DNA of 64,000 bases from Candidatus Eiseniibacteriota bacterium (GCA_963725865.1 CAVSAC010000012.1:640001-704000); one strand, 5' to 3'; counted from the first letter of the stretch, positions 1 to 14,356 are shown. Translations and numbers: made by a program. The notes: generated by a model from the letters alone, not told the origin.

Positions 1-8
1 GAGACGCC

Positions 9-548
9 ATGTCCACGTCCACCGCCCGCATCGAGCGCCCGGCCGCCGACGAGTTCCTGCCCTACTACGGGAAGTACATCGCCCTGGTGCCCGGTGACGA
101 CGCACGCCCGGCGCTCGCCGACCAGATCGAGGTCTCGATGCGCCTGCTCACCCCGCTCGGCGAGGCGCAGGCGGCACACCGTTACGCTGCCGGGAAGTGG
201 AGCATCAAGCAGGTGGTCGGCCACGTCAGCGACGCCGAGCGCGTGTTCGGCTATCGCGCCCTGCGCTTCGCGCGGCGCGACGCGACGCCGCTGCCCGGCT
301 TCGACGAGAACGCGTACGTCGCCGGTGCCAACTTCGACTCGCGCACGCTCGCGTCGCTGCTCGCCGAGTGGCGCGCCGTGCGGGCGTCCTCGCTGGCGCT
401 GTTCGCGAGCCTCGACGCCGCCGACATGACGCGGGTCGGCACCGCGAACGGGGCCGCAGCGAGCGTGCGCGCGCTGGCGTGGATCATCGCCGGTCACGAG
501 CTGCACCACGTGGGGCTGCTGCGCGAGCGCTACGGGGTGCAGGGATGA
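9..548 (+). CDS. DinB/YfiT-like family protein
   Basis: Motifs YAAGKWSIKQVVGHVSDAERVF, LPGFDENAY and IAGHELHH are typical of the DinB_2 metal-binding four-helix bundle. Confidence 0.85.
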   Translation: MSTSTARIERPAADEFLPYYGKYIALVPGDDARPALADQIEVSMRLLTPLGEAQAAHRYAAGKWSIKQVVGHVSDAERVFGYRALRFARRDATPLPGFDENAYVAGANFDSRTLASLLAEWRAVRASSLALFASLDAADMTRVGTANGAAASVRALAWIIAGHELHHVGLLRERYGVQG

Positions 549-1390
549 GCGCGCGCCGCACACGGTCGTCGCTGGCCCGCATCGCGGTGGCGAGCGCGGC
601 GCTGCTCGCGGGCTGCGTGGTGGCTGCCGCCGGCGCTCCGTCCGCGCCGCGGTCCACCCCGCACGCGCGCCCGGTGCCCGCCGCGAAGGCGGCTCCGGCG
701 CCGGCGTCTGCCGACGCGCCGTCGGGATTGCCGCCGGGTGCGCCGCCGATGGACCGCTACCAGTTCGGCCTGCTGGTGCGCGGAGCGGCGTGGACGCCCG
801 AGCGCAACGCGCACAGCGACAGCATCCAGGCCGGCCACATGGCGAACATCAAGCGCATGTGGGAACTGGGCAAGCTGGTGGCCGCGGGCCCGTTCCTCGA
901 TGACGGCGACCTGCGCGGCATCTTCATCTTCAAGGCCGACTCGATCGGCGAGGCGCGCGCGCTCGCGGCCGCCGATCCGGCGATCGCCGCCGGACGGCTG
1001 CGGCTCGATCTGTGGGACTGGTTCGCGCCCGCCGGCATCGGCGAGCCCTATCGCGAGCGGGCGGGACAGGCGGGCTTCCGAGACAGCATGGTGAGCGCGG
1101 TGTTCGGCTTCCTCGACCAGGTGCCGGGCGGCACCGCGGCCGCGGGGCCCGACGTCGAGCGCGACAACCTCGCGCACGTGCAGCGCATCTTCGCCGGGCT
1201 GCGCGAGGGCGTGCTGATTGCCGCCGGACCGCTCGATGGCGCCGGGGACCACGCGGGTGTGTTCGTGTGCCGGCCCGGCCTGAGCGTCGAGGCGGCACGC
1301 GCGTGGTGGGCGGACGACCCGCACGTCAAGAGCGGCCGCCTCACGGCCGACCTGCATCCGTGGATGTACGCCGACGGGACGTTCCGCTAG
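545..1390 (+). CDS. Secreted protein with two YciI/YCII-like domains
   Basis: ATG at 545 overlaps the upstream stop (ATGA). Signal-like N-terminus and Pro/Ala linker, then two repeats of H..(L/I)...G.L.AAGP.....G(I/V)F....EAR.....DP....GRL. Confidence 0.75.
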   Translation: MSARRTRSSLARIAVASAALLAGCVVAAAGAPSAPRSTPHARPVPAAKAAPAPASADAPSGLPPGAPPMDRYQFGLLVRGAAWTPERNAHSDSIQAGHMANIKRMWELGKLVAAGPFLDDGDLRGIFIFKADSIGEARALAAADPAIAAGRLRLDLWDWFAPAGIGEPYRERAGQAGFRDSMVSAVFGFLDQVPGGTAAAGPDVERDNLAHVQRIFAGLREGVLIAAGPLDGAGDHAGVFVCRPGLSVEAARAWWADDPHVKSGRLTADLHPWMYADGTFR

Positions 1391-1516
1391 CCGCGCCGGC
1401 GCCGCGTTTCGCGTGCGCGCGCCATTTTCGCTAGAGTCCGCACGTCCCGCGCTCGCGCGGCCCCCCTGGAACGACGCGAACCCATCCACCGTGTCCGATC
1501 GAGAAGGAGCTTCGCC

Positions 1517-2734
1517 GTGTCCACGTCCGTGCTCGAGTCGCTCGTCATCGACAATCCCACCAGGATCGTGCTGCTGGTGCTCGACGGTCTGGGCGACCTG
1601 CCGAACCCGGGGAGGGGCGGCATGACGCCGCTCGAGGCCGCGCGCACTCCTCGGTTCGACGCGCTCGCGCCGACCGCGGCGCTCGGCCGGCTGCTGCCGG
1701 TGGCGCCCGGCATCACGCCCGGCAGCGGACCCGGGCACCTGGGACTGTTCGGCTACGACCCGGTCGAGACCTCGGTGGGCCGCGGCGTGCTGGAGGCGCT
1801 GGGCGCCGACCTCGAGCTGAAGCGCGGCGACGTCGCCGCGCGCGCGAACTTCTGCACCATCGACGCCGCCGGCGTGGTGACCGACCGTCGCGCGGGGCGC
1901 ATCCCGAGCGAGAAGTGCGCGGCGCTGGTCGCGAAGCTTCGCGAGCAGGTGGCGCGCATCGAGGACGTCGAGATCGTGCTGAAGGCGGGCAAGGGGCACC
2001 GCTTCGTCGCCGTGCTGCGGGGCCCGGGGCTCGCGGGCGAGGTGAGCGACGCCGATCCGCACAAGGAGGGCAAGCCCACGCCCGCGGCCCACGCGCTGGT
2101 GCCGAATCCGCAGGCCGAGAAGACGGCGCGCATCGTGAACCAGTTCATCCAGAAGGCCGCCGCGGTGCTGAAGGACGAGCTCCCCGCGAACGCCGCGCTC
2201 ATGCGCGGGCTGTCCGCGCGTCCGCACCTGCCGGGCTACCTCGAGCGATTCCGGCTGCGCGCGTGCGCGATCGCCTCGTACCCCATGTATCGCGGAGTCG
2301 CCCAGCTCGCCGGCATGAAGGTGCTGTCCACCGGCGAGACGCCCGGCGACGCGTTCAACACCGCGCGCGAGGCATGGAGCGAGCACGACTACTTCTTCAT
2401 CCACGTGAAGGGCACCGACATGGCGGGCGAGGACGGCGATTTCGACGCCAAGGTGCGCGTGATCGAGCAGGTCGACGCCGCGCTGCCGGCCCTGATGGCG
2501 CTCAAGCCCGACGTGCTCTGCGTCACCGGCGATCACTCCACGCCGGTGCCCATGAAGGGGCACTCCTGGCATCCGGTGCCCGCGATGGTGCTCGGGCCGT
2601 ACTGCGGCGCCGACGGCGCCGCGCGTTTCAACGAGAAGAACTGCCGCACCGGCAGCCTGAATGTCCTTGCCAGCAAGGACCTCATCGCGGTACTGCTTGC
2701 GAACGCCGGGCGTCTCGACAAGTACGGAGCCTGA
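1517..2734 (+). CDS. apgM: 2,3-bisphosphoglycerate-independent phosphoglycerate mutase (ApgM type)
   Basis: Motifs LVLDGLGD, TPLEAARTP, PGSGPGHLGLFGYDP, GRGVLEALG, HVKGTDMAGEDG, TGDHSTP and HSWHPVP. RBS GAAGGAG precedes the GTG start. Confidence 0.92.
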   Translation: MSTSVLESLVIDNPTRIVLLVLDGLGDLPNPGRGGMTPLEAARTPRFDALAPTAALGRLLPVAPGITPGSGPGHLGLFGYDPVETSVGRGVLEALGADLELKRGDVAARANFCTIDAAGVVTDRRAGRIPSEKCAALVAKLREQVARIEDVEIVLKAGKGHRFVAVLRGPGLAGEVSDADPHKEGKPTPAAHALVPNPQAEKTARIVNQFIQKAAAVLKDELPANAALMRGLSARPHLPGYLERFRLRACAIASYPMYRGVAQLAGMKVLSTGETPGDAFNTAREAWSEHDYFFIHVKGTDMAGEDGDFDAKVRVIEQVDAALPALMALKPDVLCVTGDHSTPVPMKGHSWHPVPAMVLGPYCGADGAARFNEKNCRTGSLNVLASKDLIAVLLANAGRLDKYGA

Positions 2735-3931
2735 ATGAAGAGACGCATGCTGTACCTCGCCGCCGTGCTGGGCCTGCTGGCCGGCACGCGCCCGGCGCTC
2801 TCCCAGACCCCGTCTCCCATGGACCCGACGCTGTACTCGTTCCCGGGCAGCGTCACGGGGACCACCTCGGCCGCCTCGAGCGGGATCGCCGCGGCCGACC
2901 GCTGGCTGAGCGACGAGCCGTTCCTCAACCCCGCGATGCCGCCCACGCGCGGAGTCTCGCTGTCGCCGCTGCTCCAGCGCGTCAGCCGCCAGGACCTGCG
3001 GGCCGGCAACCGGCAGTTGGACGAGTCGCCGTCGTTCGACTTCTCGGGTGGCTGGGCCGCGTACGCGGTGCGGCGCATCACGGTCGCCGTCTATGGCTGG
3101 CAGCCGGTGCTGCGGCGCGAGGACCTCGCGTTCATCCGCGGCGAGGAGGGCACGCCTCCGGCGGTGATCGCCAGCATTTCGACCCAGCGCGAATCGCGCG
3201 CCGGCCTCGCGCTGGCGGTGCCGATCGGCACCCAGGTGCGGGCGGGCGTCGCGGGGGAGTGGACGCGCCGCGACGACGACTTCCAGTACACCGAGCGATC
3301 CGGCGACCCGGGCTCCGGGACGCGCGAGGCCACGCTGACCGGCGACGGGTTCGGATTCGCGCTCGGCGCGCGCGGCTTCTTCCCGGTGTTCGGCAGCCAC
3401 TCGCTGGAGGTGGGGGCGGCGTTCCACGCCATCCCCGCGCTCGACCTGACCGGGGATCAGACGCTGTCGCTGCTGACCGGCGACTCGACCGCGAGCTACG
3501 CGGTGCGGCGCGGCAGTGGCAGCGAGTACGGCGCCGCGGTGGCGATCAGCCTTTCGCCGGCGGTGCGCATGATGCTGCAGGCGGGCGGCCGCTCGGAGCT
3601 GGCGTACGACCCGGCGGCGGGCTCCGCGCCGGCGGTGGTCGGCTACACGCCGCCGTGGGGCGGTGCGACCGCCGGCGCCGCGTCGCAGTGGTCGCTCGGC
3701 TTCGAGTACGCCGAGCCGGACGTGCCCCTTCAAGTACGGGGCGGGTTCGGACAGGAGGTGCAGTCGGGGGTGCCCGAGCCACGCGCGGCCACTTACGCGA
3801 TCGGCTTCGGCTGGCGCATCGACCGGGACCTCACGCTCGACCTCGGCGCGATGCGCCGCGGATTCGAGCGGGCCGGCAAGGCGACATCCTACGACGATCG
3901 GGTGGTGGCGACGGTCGGAGTCCGGTTCTAG
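2735..3931 (+). CDS. Putative outer-membrane beta-barrel protein (FadL/PorV-like superfamily uncertain)
   Basis: Signal peptide, NPA motif near the N-terminus, alternating amphipathic strands and C-terminal Phe (ATVGVRF). Confidence 0.6.
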   Translation: MKRRMLYLAAVLGLLAGTRPALSQTPSPMDPTLYSFPGSVTGTTSAASSGIAAADRWLSDEPFLNPAMPPTRGVSLSPLLQRVSRQDLRAGNRQLDESPSFDFSGGWAAYAVRRITVAVYGWQPVLRREDLAFIRGEEGTPPAVIASISTQRESRAGLALAVPIGTQVRAGVAGEWTRRDDDFQYTERSGDPGSGTREATLTGDGFGFALGARGFFPVFGSHSLEVGAAFHAIPALDLTGDQTLSLLTGDSTASYAVRRGSGSEYGAAVAISLSPAVRMMLQAGGRSELAYDPAAGSAPAVVGYTPPWGGATAGAASQWSLGFEYAEPDVPLQVRGGFGQEVQSGVPEPRAATYAIGFGWRIDRDLTLDLGAMRRGFERAGKATSYDDRVVATVGVRF

Positions 3932-3989
3932 GGTGCGGACGGATGCCGGCCGGAGCGGTGGGCCGGGCCGCGGCGGTCGCGGACCCCTG

Positions 3990-3998
3990 TGCTATACT
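3990..3998 (+). promoter_or_regulatory. Extended -10 promoter element (TGcTATACT) upstream of tRNA-Leu/tig
   Basis: TG-n-TATACT stands out as AT-rich in a GC-rich intergenic region about 130 bp before the tRNA. Confidence 0.5.
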
Positions 3999-4125
3999 GC
4001 CGCGCGTTTCTGACGACGCCATTCACGACCGCGCGGCCGCCGATTCCGGTGGCCGCTGGACTCTCGACACCCGGCGCGCGTCGCTGCGGCTCGATCCCAG
4101 CGGCGGCCGGGCGTCTCCGTGTGAT

Positions 4126-4207
4126 GCGAGAGTGGCGGAACTGGCAGACGCGCTGGATTTAGGTTCCAGTGAGGAGACTCGTGGGGGTTCGAGTCCCCCC
4201 TCTCGCA
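4126..4207 (+). tRNA. tRNA-Leu (anticodon TAG), CCA not encoded
   Basis: Acceptor stem GCGAGAG/CTCTCGC plus A, D-arm GTGGCGGAACTGGCAGACGC, anticodon arm CTGGA-TTTAGGT-TCCAG, long variable arm, and T-arm GGGGG-TTCGAGT-CCCCC. Confidence 0.95.
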
Positions 4208-4256
4208 GATCTCCGACCCGAGCCGGCTCACCCAGGACAGGAGCACTCCCTTCCGC

Positions 4257-5558
4257 ATGAATCTATCGGTCCGCGCCACCGGTACGTGGCAACACACCCT
4301 CGACATCGAGGTCCCCGCCGACGAGGTGGAGCGGCAGCTGGAGGACGTCGCGCGCCAGATCCAGCGGCGTGCCGCCCTGCCCGGCTTCCGCAAGGGCAAG
4401 GCGCCGCTCGACATGGTGCGCCAGAACTTCGCTCCGACCATCGAGCAGGAGTTCCTCGAGACGGTCGTTCCGCGGGTCACCAACCAGGCGATCACCGAGT
4501 CCAAGCTGGTGCCGATCGTCCCCCCGCTGGTGCGCGAGCTGCGCTTCAGCCCCGGCCAGCCGCTGAAGTTCGCGGCGGTCGTCGATGTCCGGCCGGAAGT
4601 CGAGGCGAAGGACGTGAAGGGGCTCCCGGTGCGCCGCACCGTGCGTCCGATCGACGACGCGGCGGTGGAGCGGGTGCTGGCCGGGCTGCGCGAGGACTCC
4701 GCCATATTCGTGGACGTGGACGTCCCGGCGGAACGCGGGCACGTGGTGCTGATGGACTCGGTCAGGCTCGACGCCAACGGCCGCCGGCTGCCCAGCACCC
4801 GGCTCAAGGCCCGGCGGGTCGAGCTGGGCACCCAGGGGCTGTCCCCGGAGCTCGAGAACGCCCTGCTGGGCGCGACCGCCGGGGCAGAGCGGGTAGTGGA
4901 CATGAACTATCCCGCCGATCACCCGGCCCCGGAACTCGCGGGGAAGACAGTGCGTTACGCGCTGAACGTGCGGAAAATCCAGGCGAAGAACCTGCGGGAT
5001 CTGGACGATAACTTGGCTCGTGAGGTGTTCCAGCTTGGGTCGCTGGAGGAGCTGCGCACTCGGATCCGTCAGAACCTCGAGAGCGAGGAGCACACCCGCC
5101 AGATGCGCGAGTCGGAGGCGGCGCTGACGGACGAACTGGTGCGTCGGAATCCATTCGAACTCCCGGAGCGTCTGGTCGAGTGGATGCTGGACCGGGTGAT
5201 CACCGAGGCGACCGAAGGTCGCACGGTGAGGGACGAGCTGCGACGCGAGCTGGAGCAGCACTACCGCCCGGGTGTCGAGCGGTCGCTGCGCCGGGAGGTG
5301 CTGCTGGGGGCGATCGCCCGCGAGCGGAACCTCGCGGCGGATGACGAAGAGGTCGCACAGGAGATCGCACGCATGGCGCAGGCCGACCCGCGCCAGGCCG
5401 CCCGCGTCCGGGCGCGGTACCAGTCGGCCGACCGGCGCGAGGCGCTCCGCGACTCGCTGGTCGAGCGCAAGGCGATGGAGTGGCTGATGAGCCAGGCGGA
5501 CGTGAAGGACGAGCCGGCGACCGACGCATCGGCGCTGGCGACCCCCGCGGGCCGTTAG
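4257..5558 (+). CDS. tig: Trigger factor
   Basis: Ribosome-binding motif [10 protein letters not shown], 433 aa, canonical tRNA-Leu-tig-clpP-clpX-lon synteny. Confidence 0.95.
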   Translation: MNLSVRATGTWQHTLDIEVPADEVERQLEDVARQIQRRAALPGFRKGKAPLDMVRQNFAPTIEQEFLETVVPRVTNQAITESKLVPIVPPLVRELRFSPGQPLKFAAVVDVRPEVEAKDVKGLPVRRTVRPIDDAAVERVLAGLREDSAIFVDVDVPAERGHVVLMDSVRLDANGRRLPSTRLKARRVELGTQGLSPELENALLGATAGAERVVDMNYPADHPAPELAGKTVRYALNVRKIQAKNLRDLDDNLAREVFQLGSLEELRTRIRQNLESEEHTRQMRESEAALTDELVRRNPFELPERLVEWMLDRVITEATEGRTVRDELRRELEQHYRPGVERSLRREVLLGAIARERNLAADDEEVAQEIARMAQADPRQAARVRARYQSADRREALRDSLVERKAMEWLMSQADVKDEPATDASALATPAGR

Positions 5559-5589
5559 GATCGACGTTCGGGAAGGAGCCAGGGACCTT

Positions 5590-6174
5590 ATGGGCTACAT
5601 GCCCTTCGTCATCGAGCAGACGGGCCGCGGCGAGCGTTCGTACGACATCTTCTCGCGGTTGCTGAAGGACCGCATCATCTTCATCGGGACTCCGATCGAC
5701 GACACGGTCGCCAACCTGGTGATCGCGCAGATGATCTTCCTCGAGGGCGAGGATCCCGATCGCGACATCAACCTGTACATCCACAGCCCGGGCGGCATGG
5801 TCACGGCCGGCCTGGCGATCTACGACACCATGCAGTTCGTCAAGCCCGACGTCGCCACCCTGTGCATGGGCCAGGCCGCCAGCATGGGGGCGGTGCTGCT
5901 CGCCTCGGGGGCGAAGGGCAAGCGATCCTGTCTGCCGAACTCGCGCATCATGATCCACCAGCCGCTGGGCGGGACCCAGGGCCAGGTGACGGACATCGAG
6001 ATCTACACCCGCGAAGTCGTCAAGATGAAGGAGCAGTTGAACGGGATCCTCTCGAAGCACTCCGGGCGCACGCTGGAGCAGCTCGAGAAGGACACCGACC
6101 GCAACAATTTCATGTCCGCCGAGGAGGCGAAGTCGTACGGTCTGATCGACGAGATCATCGAGAAGCGCCGCTGA
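5590..6174 (+). CDS. clpP: ATP-dependent Clp protease proteolytic subunit
   Basis: Motifs [31 protein letters not shown] and IMIHQPLGG. Confidence 0.98.
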   Translation: MGYMPFVIEQTGRGERSYDIFSRLLKDRIIFIGTPIDDTVANLVIAQMIFLEGEDPDRDINLYIHSPGGMVTAGLAIYDTMQFVKPDVATLCMGQAASMGAVLLASGAKGKRSCLPNSRIMIHQPLGGTQGQVTDIEIYTREVVKMKEQLNGILSKHSGRTLEQLEKDTDRNNFMSAEEAKSYGLIDEIIEKRR

Positions 6175-6196
6175 TGTCCCCCACCGCGGGAGTGTC

Positions 6197-7453
<1,257 letters not shown>

Positions 7454-7488
7454 GCGAGGCCGTCCGGGGGCGACCCATCTGCTGCGTT

Positions 7489-7552
7489 GGCGGGCCGGCC
7501 GCGGTCTGCGGAGTGTCCCAGGGGGACACGCCTCGACCGCGGCCGGCCCGCC
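7489..7552. other. Long stem-loop between clpX and lon
   Basis: Perfect 18-bp inverted repeat GGCGGGCCGGCCGCGGTC (7489-7506) / GACCGCGGCCGGCCCGCC (7535-7552) enclosing an inner stem GTGTCCC-AGG-GGGACAC. No strong U-tract. Confidence 0.7.
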
Positions 7553-7801
7553 GCCTTGCATCTGGGCCACCCGCGGCCGCCTGATCGGGCACGGCGCGTT
7601 GGGCGAGGGGGCGCGGCACTGCGTGCGCGCCCTTCGCCAGGCGGAAACGACCGATGGGCGGGGGGCCGCGGCGCTTCGCGCGCGGCCTGCGTCAGGCGGT
7701 GGGGCTGAACGGATACTTTACGAGTCTGCTAGGTTCCGGACGTATCTCATCTGACACCGACGGGGAGCACTCCCCGACCCCGATAGACGAAGGAGCATGT
7801 C

Positions 7802-10336
<2,535 letters not shown>

Positions 10337-10361
10337 GGCCGGCGACGGACCACGCCGCGCG

Positions 10362-11537
10362 GTGGGCCGCGCGGTGACGGCGCCCGCGGCGCGCACCGCG
10401 GGCCGCGGGCGGCTGTTCACACCCGGTCCGGTCGAGATCCCCGCGCGCATCCTGCGCGCGCTCTCGCAGGTGCAGCCCCACCACCGCACCGACGGCTTCC
10501 GCGCGACCTACCTGCGGACCACGGAGGCGCTGCGCGCGCTGCACGGAACCGCGGGCGAGGTGTTCATGCTCGCAGCCTCGGGCACCGGCGCGATGGAGGC
10601 CGCGGTCGTGAACCTGCTGGCCCCGGGCGAGCGGGCGCTCGCGGTGGTCGGCGGCAAGTTCGGCGAGCGCTGGGCCGAGCTGCTGAAGGCGTACGGGGTG
10701 CCGCACACGCTGCTGGCGGCACCGTGGGGCGATGCCCTCGCGCCCGAATCCCTGGCGCGGGCGCTCGCGGCCGAGCCGGGCATCACCACCGTGTTCGCCA
10801 CCCATAGCGAGACCTCGACCGGCGCGTTGTTCGACATCGCGGGCTTCGCACAGATCACGCGGCCGCGCGGGACGCGGCTGGTGGTGGACGCGATCACCAG
10901 CGTCGGCGTCCACCCGCTGCCGCAGGACGCGTGGGGCGTGGACGTGGTGGTGTGCGGCTCGCAGAAGGGCCTGATGCTGCCGCCGGGACTCGCCACGCTG
11001 AGCCTGGCGCCGTGGGCGCACGACGCCATCGACGGCGCGCGGCTGCCGCGCTTCTACTTCGACCTGCGGAAGGCGCGCCAGGCGCTCGCGACCGGCGAGT
11101 CGCCGTTCACGCCCGCGATCAACCTGGTGCTCGCGCTCGAGGAGGCGCTCGCGATGGTCGCCGAGGAGGGCCTGGACGCGGTCCACGCCCGCCATCGCCG
11201 CCTCGCGCACGCGGTGCGCGCCGGCGCGCGGGCGGCCGGCTACGCGCTGTTCTCCTCCGCGCCGTCGCACGCGGTCACGGCGCTGACGCCGCCGGCCGGG
11301 GTGGACGCCACCGCGGTCGTGAAGCGCCTGCGCGAGACCCACGGCATGGTGGTCGCCGGCGGCCAGGACCAGCTCAAGGGTCGCATCGTGCGCGTGGGGC
11401 ACATGGGCGCGTACACGCTGGACGACATGACCGACGTCGCCGAGGCGCTGGCCGAGAGCTGCGGCGCGCTGGGCGGCGCTCCGATCGCGGCGGGCACCGC
11501 CGCATCCGCCGCGCGCACGGCCTGGGATCAGGCGTAG
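10362..11537 (+). CDS. Class V PLP aminotransferase (alanine-glyoxylate/serine-pyruvate type)
   Basis: Motifs LFTPGPV, SGTGAMEA, HSETSTG, VDAITS, GSQKGLMLPPG and RVGHMG. The start may instead be GTG 10374. Confidence 0.9.
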   Translation: MGRAVTAPAARTAGRGRLFTPGPVEIPARILRALSQVQPHHRTDGFRATYLRTTEALRALHGTAGEVFMLAASGTGAMEAAVVNLLAPGERALAVVGGKFGERWAELLKAYGVPHTLLAAPWGDALAPESLARALAAEPGITTVFATHSETSTGALFDIAGFAQITRPRGTRLVVDAITSVGVHPLPQDAWGVDVVVCGSQKGLMLPPGLATLSLAPWAHDAIDGARLPRFYFDLRKARQALATGESPFTPAINLVLALEEALAMVAEEGLDAVHARHRRLAHAVRAGARAAGYALFSSAPSHAVTALTPPAGVDATAVVKRLRETHGMVVAGGQDQLKGRIVRVGHMGAYTLDDMTDVAEALAESCGALGGAPIAAGTAASAARTAWDQA

Positions 11538-11580
11538 CGGCGCGACCGGCGGCGCGCCCAATCCTCCGGAGATCCCACCC

Positions 11581-12033
11581 ATGCGCCTCTACGTCGACGC
11601 CGACGCGTGCCCGGTGAAGCCCGAGGTCGAGCGCGTCGCCCGCCGACTGGGTGTCGGCGTGACCTTCGTCGCGGGCGCTTCGATGCGCGTTCCCACCGGC
11701 ACGGACGTCGTGCTCGAGGTCGTCGGCGGGGGATTCGATGCCGCCGATGACTGGATCGCCGCGCACGCCGGGCCCGGCGACATCGTGATCACCGCGGACG
11801 TCCCGCTCGCCGCGCGCTGCGTCGCGAGCGGAGCGGCGGTGCTCGCGCCGACGGGCCGCGCGTTCACCGAGGCCAACGTCGGCGATGCCCTCGCGACCCG
11901 CGACCTGCTCGCCGAGATGCGCGGCGCGGGGATGGAGTCGGGCGGGCCGGCGCCGTTCGAGGCCCGCGACCGTTCGCGGTTCCTGCAGGCGCTCGATCGC
12001 GCGATCCACGCGCAGCGGCGGGCTCGCGGTTGA
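11581..12033 (+). CDS. YaiI/YqxD (UPF0178) family protein
   Basis: Motifs YVDADACPVK, DAADDWI, GDIVITADVPLA and GGPAPF. Confidence 0.92.
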   Translation: MRLYVDADACPVKPEVERVARRLGVGVTFVAGASMRVPTGTDVVLEVVGGGFDAADDWIAAHAGPGDIVITADVPLAARCVASGAAVLAPTGRAFTEANVGDALATRDLLAEMRGAGMESGGPAPFEARDRSRFLQALDRAIHAQRRARG

Positions 12034-12051
12034 TCCAGGCCGCCCGCGGCG

Positions 12052-12849
12052 TCAGCCGCGCGTGCGATCCAGCGCCGCGATCGCGTGCCGCCGCGCCTCG
12101 CGCGGCGGCATCCCCAGCTCGCGGCGGAACAGCGAGGTGAGGTGGGCGTGGCTGGCGAAGCCGTATTCCGCGGCGATGTCCGCGAGCGTGCGATCCGGGT
12201 CGAGCATCGCGGCGAGCGCGTGACGCACGCGCAATCGCTGCTGGTGGCGGTGCACCGAGACGCCGTGCACCTCGCGGAACGCGCGGCAGAGCGCGAACAC
12301 CGAGACTCCGTGCGGCGCCGCGAGCGTCGCCAGCGACAGTCGCTCGTCGAAGCGCATCGCCACCTCGTGGGCGACCGCCTCGGCGAGCCGCACGGCGCGT
12401 GCGCTGGCCGCGCGGCGCGGAGTCGCCGCCGCGTCGAGCGCCCCGACCACGGCCTCCTCGATCTCGAGCGAGTCGACCGGCCGGCGCGCGGCCAGCGCCC
12501 GCGCCAGCGCCCGCAGGCGCACGTACGCCGCGTTCGAGGTCGCTCGCGCCGGCGGGCCGTCGGCCAGCGCGGCCGCCACGCGGCCGCCGACCGCGAGGCA
12601 CACGTCGCCGCAGCCCTCGGGGTGGCGGATGCAGAACGGCTCGCCGGGCCGCAGGAACAGCGCCCGCGCCGGATCGGCCACCTGTCGGCCCGCGCGCCGG
12701 TGCACGGCGAAGCGGCCGTTGAGCACGAACCACACGTGAGGGCCGTCGACCCCCTCGTCGACCGGGCGGCCGTCGACTCCGTCGCACGCGACGAGTCGGG
12801 CGGAAAGGTGGTCCGAGCGCACCTCGCTCAAGTAGGAGAACCGCGGCAT
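12052..12849 (-). CDS. AraC-family transcriptional regulator
   Basis: Cupin-like N-terminus and C-terminal double HTH (LADIAAEYGFASHAHLTSLFRRELGMPP). Confidence 0.9.
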   Translation of the reverse strand: MPRFSYLSEVRSDHLSARLVACDGVDGRPVDEGVDGPHVWFVLNGRFAVHRRAGRQVADPARALFLRPGEPFCIRHPEGCGDVCLAVGGRVAAALADGPPARATSNAAYVRLRALARALAARRPVDSLEIEEAVVGALDAAATPRRAASARAVRLAEAVAHEVAMRFDERLSLATLAAPHGVSVFALCRAFREVHGVSVHRHQQRLRVRHALAAMLDPDRTLADIAAEYGFASHAHLTSLFRRELGMPPREARRHAIAALDRTRG

Positions 12850-13047
12850 GCGTGGAACTCTAGCGCAGCGCGCGGCCGCAAGAACATGGAAGCCTGCGGA
12901 GGCCGTCCGCGACTAGGCTCCGCGCATCGATCCTCCGGCGGTGCCCGCCGGGCCGGCCGCCGGCGGGTCGGCAAGGCGCGGGCGCGCCGGGAAGCGACGG
13001 GCGCGGCGCCCATCGATCCCAGCCCAGGCCGGACGTTGGAGACGAAC

Positions 13048-13515
13048 ATGAACCGAGCGGCGGAGACGAGCACGGACCGAGCGGAGCTCCTGAAGATGTG
13101 GGACGAGTCGTGGGACGGTGGCATCTGGTTCGGGCCGTGGTCCCTGGCCTTGGCGGGGCTCACGCCGACACAGGCGGCGTGGCAGCCGCAGCCCGGCAAG
13201 CACGCGATCTGGCAGATCGTCGCGCACGTGGTCTTCTGGCGCGAGGCCACGTTCGCGCTGCTGGCGGGCCGGCCCGCGCCAGGCGCGGACGAGGTCGCAC
13301 GCCTCAACTTCCCGGCGCCAGCGGCGGTCACCGAGGAGGCGTGGCGAGCGGTGCGCGCGCGGCTCGAGGATTCGCAGCGACGGATGCGCGAGGCGATCGC
13401 CGATCCCGCGCAGCCGCTCGAGCGGCCGCGCTACCACCTGGTGCACGACGCCAATCACCTCGGGCAGATCCTCTACCTGCGCAGCCTGCTCGACCTGACG
13501 CCGATCGAAGGCTGA
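13048..13515 (+). CDS. DinB family protein
   Basis: ATG 13048 follows GGAG. Motifs LAGLTPTQAAWQP, HAIWQIVAHVVFW and HDANHLGQI. Confidence 0.85.
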   Translation: MNRAAETSTDRAELLKMWDESWDGGIWFGPWSLALAGLTPTQAAWQPQPGKHAIWQIVAHVVFWREATFALLAGRPAPGADEVARLNFPAPAAVTEEAWRAVRARLEDSQRRMREAIADPAQPLERPRYHLVHDANHLGQILYLRSLLDLTPIEG

Positions 13516-13604
13516 CGCCCCGTGCGGTGTGCGGCGGGGGCGCGCGTTCGCGTCCCCGCCGCGAACCTCGACAATCCGCGCGAGCGTGGCCTATGGTGCG
13601 CCGC

Positions 13605-14189
13605 ATGCACAAGGGACGGCTCGAGGCGTTCAGCGACGGCGTGCTCGCGATCATCATCACGATCATGGTGCTCGAGCTCCGCGTGCCGCACGGCGCGGAC
13701 CTGGCGGCGCTCGGCGCGCTGGCGCCCAAGCTGCTCGCCTACCTGCTGAGCTTCGTGTTCGTCGCGATCTACTGGAACAACCACCACCACATGTTCCAGG
13801 CCGCTCAGCACGTCAGCGGCGGCGTGATGTGGGCCAACCTGCACCTGCTGTTCTGGCTCTCGCTGACCCCGTGGGTCACCGCCTGGCTGGGGGAGCATCC
13901 ACTCGCCGCGTGGCCGGTCGCGATCTACGGCGTGCTGCTGCTGCTCGATGGGGTCGCGTACTACATCCTCGCGCGCACCCTGCTGGCCCGGCACGGTCCC
14001 GAGTCGGCCTTCGCGCGGGCGCTCGGGCGCGATTTCAAGGGCACGATCTCGATCGTGATCTACGCCGTCGCCATCGGGCTCGCGTTCGTCACCCCGCCGG
14101 CCGCGTGCGCGCTCTACGTCGCGGTCGCGATCATGTGGCTGGTGCCCGACCGCCGCTTCGAGCGCGCCTTCCAGCACGGCCAGGGCTAG
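13605..14189 (+). CDS. TMEM175-family potassium channel (DUF1211)
   Basis: Signature RLEAFSDGVLAIIITIMVLEL and YWNNHHHMF, with about six TM segments. Confidence 0.92.
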   Translation: MHKGRLEAFSDGVLAIIITIMVLELRVPHGADLAALGALAPKLLAYLLSFVFVAIYWNNHHHMFQAAQHVSGGVMWANLHLLFWLSLTPWVTAWLGEHPLAAWPVAIYGVLLLLDGVAYYILARTLLARHGPESAFARALGRDFKGTISIVIYAVAIGLAFVTPPAACALYVAVAIMWLVPDRRFERAFQHGQG

Positions 14190-14356
14190 ACGCGCGCGGG
14201 CAGGGTCCGGCGCGGCGGACGCACACGGCCGTCGCGAATCCCGATTCGCAGGCCGTGTGATTTCCGCGCTCGACTCCGGTCTCAGAGCATGTCGCCCGCG
14301 CCCTGACGTCCGCGCGGCCCCTCCACGGAGTGTGTCCCGAACCCGGAGCCGGTCCC

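Noticed and set aside
4126..4207. tRNA-Leu as an integration site
   Set aside because: No integrase or duplicated tRNA 3' end was noticed, and the canonical tRNA-tig synteny is intact.
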